A stretch of DNA of 64,000 nt from Mobula hypostoma (Eukaryota): NCBI RefSeq assembly GCF_963921235.1, contig NC_086108.1:29514001-29578000 (forward strand), in the 5' to 3' direction. The position numbers and the translations under genes are program-made. Of the stretch, positions 63,700 through 64,000 are shown piece by piece (within the stretch, counting starts at the first letter, position 1; every line of letters begins with the position of its first letter). The notes beneath the pieces are model-generated. The model searched no databases. It was not told where the DNA came from and saw nothing but the letters and a program-made list of their open reading frames with translations.

Positions 63700-64000
63700 G
63701 CAGGGTCTTGTGGGTAAGATGGTGTTGAACACTGACCTGTAATCAATAAACAGCAGCTTGACATAGCTATTGCTATTGTCCAGGTGGTCCAAGGCCAACA
63801 GGGGAGCCAGTGGGATTGCATCTGCTGCAGACCGATTGTGGCAAAAGGCAAACCGCAGTTGATCCAGGCCCGTCCTTAGGCAGGATTTGGTTCTGGCCAT
63901 GACCAAGATCTCAAAGCAGTTCATCACGGTAGATGTGACTGCAACTGGGCAATAGTCATTGAGACAACTCACCCTGCTCTTCCTTGGCACTGGTATGATT
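63700..64000 (-). mobile_element. Rex1-like LINE RT fragment (continues beyond the window)
   Basis: CLNDYCPVAVTSTVMNCFE...LDQLRFAF...LLFIDYRSVFNTI. Confidence 0.8.

Overview
This is vertebrate non-coding DNA, most likely from a cartilaginous fish (ray or shark). That assignment is inferred from the repeat inventory: V-SINE/HE1-type SINEs, CR1, Rex1/Babar, Penelope-like and Tx1 LINEs, and Tc1, Tigger and hAT DNA transposons. I could not support any host protein-coding exon, RNA gene or CRISPR array; every ORF with recognisable motifs belongs to a decayed mobile element. Most of the window is nested transposon debris, separated by AT-rich, homeobox-motif-rich unique islands that resemble conserved non-coding enhancers (large intron or gene desert; inference). 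The most notable structures are: (i) a 1.1-kb palindromic Penelope-like insertion with a GIY-YIG ORF, two minimal hammerhead-ribozyme motifs and a 14-bp TSD, plus a 138-bp hammerhead-carrying mini-element with a perfect 14-bp TSD and a collapsed hairpin relative; (ii) two young Rex1-like insertions about 110 bp apart, tail-to-tail inside an older LINE whose empty-site copy is in the same window; (iii) two minisatellites that appear to have grown out of a CR1 ORF1 and a V-SINE; (iv) two old degenerate tandem arrays carrying E-box or CCAAT motifs; (v) a full-length decayed hAT, a Gypsy-type solo LTR and a three-TIR Tc1 element. I did not find a convincing previously undescribed biological system. 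The ribozyme-bearing Penelope mini-elements and the TE-born minisatellites are the best leads. Family names come from motif recognition, not database searches, and boundaries of old fragments are approximate.
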